The notes under the pieces: generated by a model
The model's input: only the letters and a program-made list of their open reading frames with translations
Database searches by the model: none
What the model was told of the DNA's origin: nothing
Made by a program: the position numbers and the translations under genes
Shown: piece by piece, positions 57,819 through 64,000 of the stretch
Layout of the letters: each line of letters begins with the position of its first letter
Position numbering within the stretch: position 1 is the first letter of the stretch
Assembly (NCBI GenBank): GCA_012295275.1
Contig: CM022670.1
Coordinates: 34,348,001 to 34,412,000 of the forward strand
Source of the DNA: Chrysomallon squamiferum
Lineage: Eukaryota; Animalia; Mollusca
Direction: 5' to 3'
Length of the DNA stretch: 64,000 nucleotides

Positions 57819-59045
57819 TGAAAGAAATTAGTTTCATTTCACCATATAATTAATTCTAATGGTAATTATAAAATCATGGCAATACAGCCAGCTTCACTTT
57901 TGTGTTATTTTCATAGCAATATTTTTTTTAGTTTCCCCTCAAACTTAAACCTTTGTTTTTTGGGGGAGGGGGGGATATATTCTTTTAAAACCCATGTATT
58001 ATAGTAGTAAATTTTCAAGGTTATTTAAATTGTTCAACCTGCTTTGAAAACCACCCTGCATTATAACAAGAATATTTCATAGTTATGCCAAAAATTTGTA
58101 ACAGTGCAGTAGCATACATTATATATAGAACAGCAGCTGCTTTACAAATGTCAAGATAAGTTTTATACAATATCTTGATATTTTATTATTAAAATATCCT
58201 TGCTAATATTAGTAAAGAATTCAGAAGCAAATAATTTTTCCTTTCTCTAGTCAGTAATGAAAACAATACTCAAATTTTCGTGTTTGTTAAAAAAAAAAAA
58301 AAAAAAACACAGAAAGTTTGTACATTTGTGAAATTAAATAGAACACATCACTTAATATCTATACTGTAAACCAAATTTTCAAAAAAAAAACACTTTTTCA
58401 AAACAAATATTATTCCTGCTGAAATTTGGCAAACTCACTGACATTTACTTTCTCTTTATTTTGTTTTATATTTTTATAATTGTCTTCCACTGTTCCAGAC
58501 TGTTACAGTTAATTCAGACTTTATGGGACATAAAACAGCCAATAACTGCAGAAGGACCATTTATTCAGACTGAGCATCATTAACAATAAACTAACTCACC
58601 CAGCCAATAATTAATCAATCTGTCCATCCACGTATTCATCCTTCATTCACTCATTCATTTATTCTATACATTCATCCAGCTAACATCTATCCATCTGTCA
58701 ATCAGTCTATACATCTGTCCATTCATTCTTCCATCCATCACGTCTGTCCATACATACATTCACCCATCAGTCTAAACATATATCAATCTATCCATTCAGT
58801 CCATTCATTCTTTCATCCATTCATTCTTTCATCCATTCATCCATCCATCCATATTTTCATCCATTCATCCATCCATCCATCCATCCATCAGTTCATTCAG
58901 TCATTCAGTTGTTAGGTCAGCACCAGCATGTTAACATATGTAAATGACACACACCACTGATGCAGCCTGCAAATCACACACGCTTTCATAATTACCATTA
59001 GAATTAATTATATGAAAATTGGTGAAATGAAACTAATTTCTTTCA
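57819..59045. repeat. Long-range inverted repeat: arms 57819-57869 and 58988-59045
   Basis: 57819-57844 is the exact reverse complement of 59020-59045, and 57843-57869 of 58988-59014. Together 51 contiguous nt of the left arm pair perfectly, with a single 7-nt bulge in the right arm. Confidence 0.95.
58610..58910. repeat. Degenerate (TCCA/TTCA)n microsatellite inside the loop of the inverted repeat
   Basis: Seen directly; a similar tract lies at 49010-49160. Confidence 0.9.
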
Positions 59046-59614
59046 TTCATACAGTGTGTTTGCTGTAAATTATTCACTGGTTAGATGCTTAATACAGCCA
59101 TGTTGACAACCGCAAAACACTTACTCAGATGTTTAATTTTTATGATTTGAATTATAATTCTTTTCTGTTTGTAATCATATAAATTAAGTCATAGCTAGGG
59201 TGTGGCTTTTTGACTTTGTAGAATTAATATTATAATAATAGTGAAGTTCTGTTTTATATAGCTGTCTTTATTTTCTCTTTTTCTTGCTACTTTTTCTTTT
59301 TCTCTCTTTCTGTCTCTCTTTCTGTTTCAGTTATTTCTTTAAAAAAAAAAAATTGTGTAAGGAGTGGACACAGCATTTTTCACTAATCTATTAATGATTT
59401 AATTTCCCATACCAAATATTTTTTTCTGACACATAAAAGAGAAAGAGGGGAAAATTCAGTGATTCACATTGGACTTCAGCTGTGCAGGATTGGCTAATTT
59501 ATTTTTTCAAGCATGTCAAGATAGTTTACCGTAATTTAACACTGAAATCATTTTTAATACATGATGGAAGAAATGCCTTCAACAGTGCTGAATATGGAAA
59601 TAATGTCTTTGAAA

Positions 59615-59805
59615 ATTTCAATAAGAGGAATTCAAAAGAAAACAAAAATCTGAATAGGAGATTCAAAAGAAAAGAAAATTTTAATAGGAGATGTTAATTG
59701 GAAAATTGCATAGGAAGAAACTGAAAAAAATATATATTTAATAGGACAAGATACAGAAGAAAATAAATTCTGAATAAGAAGGAATTTAGAAGAAAAAGAA
59801 AACTT
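59615..59805. repeat. Degenerate A-rich ~30-bp tandem repeat
   Basis: AATAGGAGA/AATAAGAGG plus AAAAGAAAA recur about 6 times. Confidence 0.6.
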
Positions 59806-61903
59806 ACACTGATATGGTTTCAGAATATTCTATGTATCTCTATCTTTTCACTCATCATTAAGGCCTGGGCAAACATTTCTTAATGGATATTTTTGTTGAT
59901 TCATTTTAATGCTTTGAACAAGGTGTAATGACCATCTTATGTAACGAATGCCTCCAGAACCCAAATGTTAGTGTTGCTGAAGATAAGATTAAGTCTTTAA
60001 TTAGCAAGTGACAAACCTGATCACACAAATGAATACATCCATCACTCAGGTTATCAGACCAAACTGCCACTGGTCAACCAGAACCAGGTGGAAAACACAC
60101 CAACTTGTTACTCCTAATTGGAAGCATGGGCACCTCTCTATTACAGCAGTAGAGAACTGGTCAGCCAAGCCAGAGCTGATGTGTCATGTGCTGGCTATTA
60201 GGCATCCATGTTAGGTAGTGGTCATGATGACTGTTAAGGGTCCATGTATTGGGGTGGTCATATCTCTTTTGCCTGGTGAGGAAAGCTGTAATATGATGTT
60301 TTACATTATTGTTGATTTACTGGACAAATACCTATTGTACAGTATTTAGATAAAATCTGAGACTTCAGAAAACTGGGATGTAGTCTGGGATTGGAATTGG
60401 GATCAAACAGATTACACTAATTGGAGCATGCTTTTATCAAAATAATTTTATCTCTGGCACAGATCTGTCTGATTGGGAAATCTACATAAAACAAATGTCA
60501 ATGTTTATATGATTGGTTGAAGATAAGTGTAGTTGTTTAAAACTATCCCAGCAGGCTCTGGTTAAGCATTAGTATCTTTACTTCTACATCACCTAGACTA
60601 GTTGGGAAATTGTGTCTTCAGTATTATACCAGTTTTAATGCAGTGTTTTAAATGGTGACAATGATTACAGTGTTTAAACGATAGAGAACATTTGGCCATG
60701 AGTCCAAGGTTAAAATGAAATGTTGACTGTTTACTCATGGTTTTGAATTGTACAGTAACAAGGCATTTGAGTAAAATACACAGAGATCACATTAGTTTGG
60801 TGTTAATCATAATGTCACTACTTCATGGAAGCATTTATGCAGTACCAGTATTCTTGGCAGAAATTAAAGTCTTATTTACTTAGCAAAATTTTGCTATGTT
60901 ACTGTTTCCATTAACTGATTAAGAATGAATAATAATATATGAAAATGTGTCATTTTATTCCCTTATCTTGTAACAAAAACCATAGACTAACAAAAGTAGT
61001 CACAACAAAACATGAATGAATTTAATGAAAGTATAGATATTAGATATTAGACCTCTGTTTTTATTACATTATCATTTTTACAAGAAAACTAATTTAATTA
61101 AAAAATCTTTAAGTATTGTCTTAAGATGTTAAATATTAATTTGTTGTTGTTCTGGAAGAGTTTATTTTCTGAACTGTTTTGTTTTAAAACAGTTAACATT
61201 GAAAGTCATCAACCAGCACAAAGCATACACTTCTCAAAGATCCACTTTTATTACCAGTCATGCTTTTTTCTTCACTGAGTTTATGTCATCTCATGTACCT
61301 GTCTGATTGTGTTAATTCTGGCCCATGATTTACTAGTGGATACCTGTAACATGTCACATATGCATGCATCTCTGTTCTAGTTTTTATACAATTTATTGCA
61401 TCATTAACCATTAATTTTGGTTAGAAAATGTTGAGTCACAGTGACAAAGTGATAATTGTGAGTTAAAATAACAACACTAAAAGATGTTGATGTATTTCAT
61501 ACAAAAAAAAAAAAGAGCTTGAAAACAACCCATCAACAAAAACTTTTACCAGTGCCTTTAACATTTAATAGCTTTTAAGACATGTAAAATGAGGCAAGAA
61601 ATTGTAATACTTTAAAATGTTTGTTCTGTTGTTTGTCAACACAAAAGAGCCATTTTTAGCATAGATGAACAGAAAGGTATGCAGTTATCAAAATGGCATT
61701 TATGGTATGTGAGTGAATTTGTGGTTAACAACACTTAAAGATATTTTTGTTTTAATTTTATGAGAAAGGAAAGCAGGTACTGCCAGTTAAAGAACTTTGG
61801 TTTATGTAGGAGATAGCACTGAAGAGAACTGATCTCACAGTCTGTTGTTACACAAATACTCTGCAAAAACCAATAAAACACATGTGAGCATGCATGCATA
61901 CAT

Positions 61904-61940
<37 letters not shown>

Positions 61941-64000
61941 AAATACATATACATTTAGGCACTTGCTCACATGCACATCAAACATACATGATAACATAAA
62001 GAAATTCCTTTACAGATCTGAAACCTTTGCACTAGAAGTGACATACAAGCGATATATAACACCTGCAGATCATATTTACTTATTCCTGGCATTCATAAAT
62101 TTTGTTAACTGATAAAAGATAATTTTTATTGGTAAGTTTGTTAGATTGTAAATGGCTTAACAGAAGTTTCAAGAAACAAAAATAATTTGATCTCATAAAT
62201 TATATAAAGTATATTTGGTCAACATGAATTTTCATTAAAGACAGATAAATTAATGAATTTGTAATTGCCATGGTATTTTCAGTATACTGATATGATTTTA
62301 TGAAAAACGGCAAGTTAGAAGTAACATCCTCATATTTTATTTCTTTACACTAACTTTGTAAGCAGAATCTTACTGATTTCAATCTTTTTATCTCAACTGA
62401 TGCCAAAGCCAACTTTGTTTGGTTTTTCTTTTTACTGAATATCTTATAAAGAAATCAGAAAGGATTGCTTTTCAGAAAGACTTCTCTAATCCATTTGATC
62501 CGAGGTGCAGGGTGTCTAGATAAGAATCAAAGATATTTTTTTGTTTTGCTTTGCTCTGTCTTGTTTTTGTAGATATATTCCTCAAGTCCCCAGTCTGACT
62601 TTGTTCTGTTCTGACTGGAAACACCTCAAGACTCCTGGGACTTTGCTTTGTTTCTGTATTTACATTAATCACTGTATCTTTCTGATGTCGATCAAGGAAT
62701 GTGGATAACTTTTTGCTTGAGACACACTTACAGTCATAGAAGAACAAATATTTAGTCATCTTTTAAGAAATTAAGACTTGTAAGTGATTCCAGCCTTTTC
62801 ATTATTGTCCAGTATTTTTGCTTCTATTTAAACAGTTGTAAGAGTTGTCCTGCCACTGCTGAAGTATTAAATGACATGGTGTATTTTCCTCTCAGTAAAA
62901 GATCACTTACTGACAATTGTGACTCTTTGAGTTGTTTCTGCAAGTTTAATTAGAAAATATTGAAAGTACATGTTGAAATATCACTGTTTGAAAAGCAGTA
63001 AAGAAATCTGTTCATTTATTCCAGTATGTGGAATGTCATTTTTGAAAAATCGTTTTCCTTCTTTAGTCATATACATTGTTGTTAGAAAACTTGTATGTTT
63101 AGATATTTATCCACAGATTATGAAATAAAGAAAAAAGAAATACAGCACTTTCAAAGTAATTAAGACATTAATCTTTTTTTTTTTTTAAAGGAAAATATGA
63201 TGATTTCTTGCCCAGGATTTCAAGCTTAGACTATGTTCAGATTATAAATAGGAAAACATAACAAATTAAACTGACAGTCTGAATAATAACAAGAACAAAA
63301 CAAGATTTTGTTCCTAAATTGTAGATAAAATATGAAACTCTGAATACTAGACAAAGTATTTGATACAGTGCCTGCATTAATATATATATTTAACTGCTAG
63401 GAGATATTGTAACATGTATTTATTTTTACAAAACAAAAATAATTCAAAAACAGATATCCTTGTAAAACTATATGTTGACTTCTGGTTGTTGTTTTTTTCT
63501 ATTTCTATATCCCAATGCTTTGCCTGCATGCAGTCTGTTAATTCTGGAAAACAAAGCTTTGTTGAAGAATATGAAGATATTAGGTTTTTATATCTTATAA
63601 TCCAGTGTTTTGGCTGTTTGCAATCCAGTGTCTGAGTGTTTTGAAAGCTGATAACCTAGAAGGCAATTTGATAAGATTTGGAATCGTAATCTGTTCCTTA
63701 CCAGATGTATGAATTCAAGTCTTGTTCTGCTTGTTCAATGATAACACTGATGCAGGGAAAAACTGCAGACCTGCTAGTTTAACTTTTGTCAGTTTTTGCT
63801 TATATTATGCTTGCAATATTAATAAATATTTTGAAAGGTATATTCCTATAAATTAAGACATTTGGCAGTGTCATGTTTTGGTTTTTCTGTAGTTTACGAA
63901 ATGCTTTAGCAATGATAAACACAGTAAATTAATTGGTTGTTAATGTCTTTTTAATTTCCTACATGTAAGATATTGAGAAAGAGAAATTTTGACATTTAAA

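Noticed and set aside
57881-57895. ACAGCCAGCTT resembling part of miR-2
   Set aside because: The seed region and 3' end do not match, and there is no local pre-miRNA hairpin.
59930-61420. Search for a phase-1 or phase-2 EGF or TM exon after 57480 (candidates near 60008 and 61381)
   Set aside because: Weak acceptors, early stops and no EGF cysteine spacing. The next coding exon probably lies beyond the window.

Overview
AT-rich, microsatellite-dense animal (eukaryotic) DNA, most likely a mollusc or other lophotrochozoan. That taxon guess rests on composition and a recalled Nin-DC/Deu-type SINE remnant. Almost all ORFs in the supplied track are simple-repeat artefacts. The window holds the 5' part of one long, spliced + strand gene. 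It has a CpG-rich promoter/5'UTR (~6.5-7.2 kb), a signal-peptide exon (7168-7240), a 27.9-kb first intron, an Ig-domain exon (35165-35443) and a second Ig domain split over two exons (40857-40984, 45907-46099), with all splice phases concordant. The product is a secreted or cell-surface 2xIg protein. Neuregulin/Vein-like is the best guess, but the C-terminus lies outside the window. The most unusual locus is at 57.1-59.2 kb. A candidate exon there can be read either as a 25-nt micro-exon or, in the same frame, as an alternative ATG-initiated hydrophobic N-terminus. It sits inside a long-range inverted-complementary structure: a 51-nt perfectly pairing core plus nested helices, one covering the exon's 5' splice site. 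Also found: a TA-flanked pogo/Tc1-like MITE, a diverged ~190-bp direct duplication bracketing the Ig1 exon, several minisatellites, and a sharp CpG-rich to CpG-poor transition at the gene start. All alignments and pairings were done by eye.
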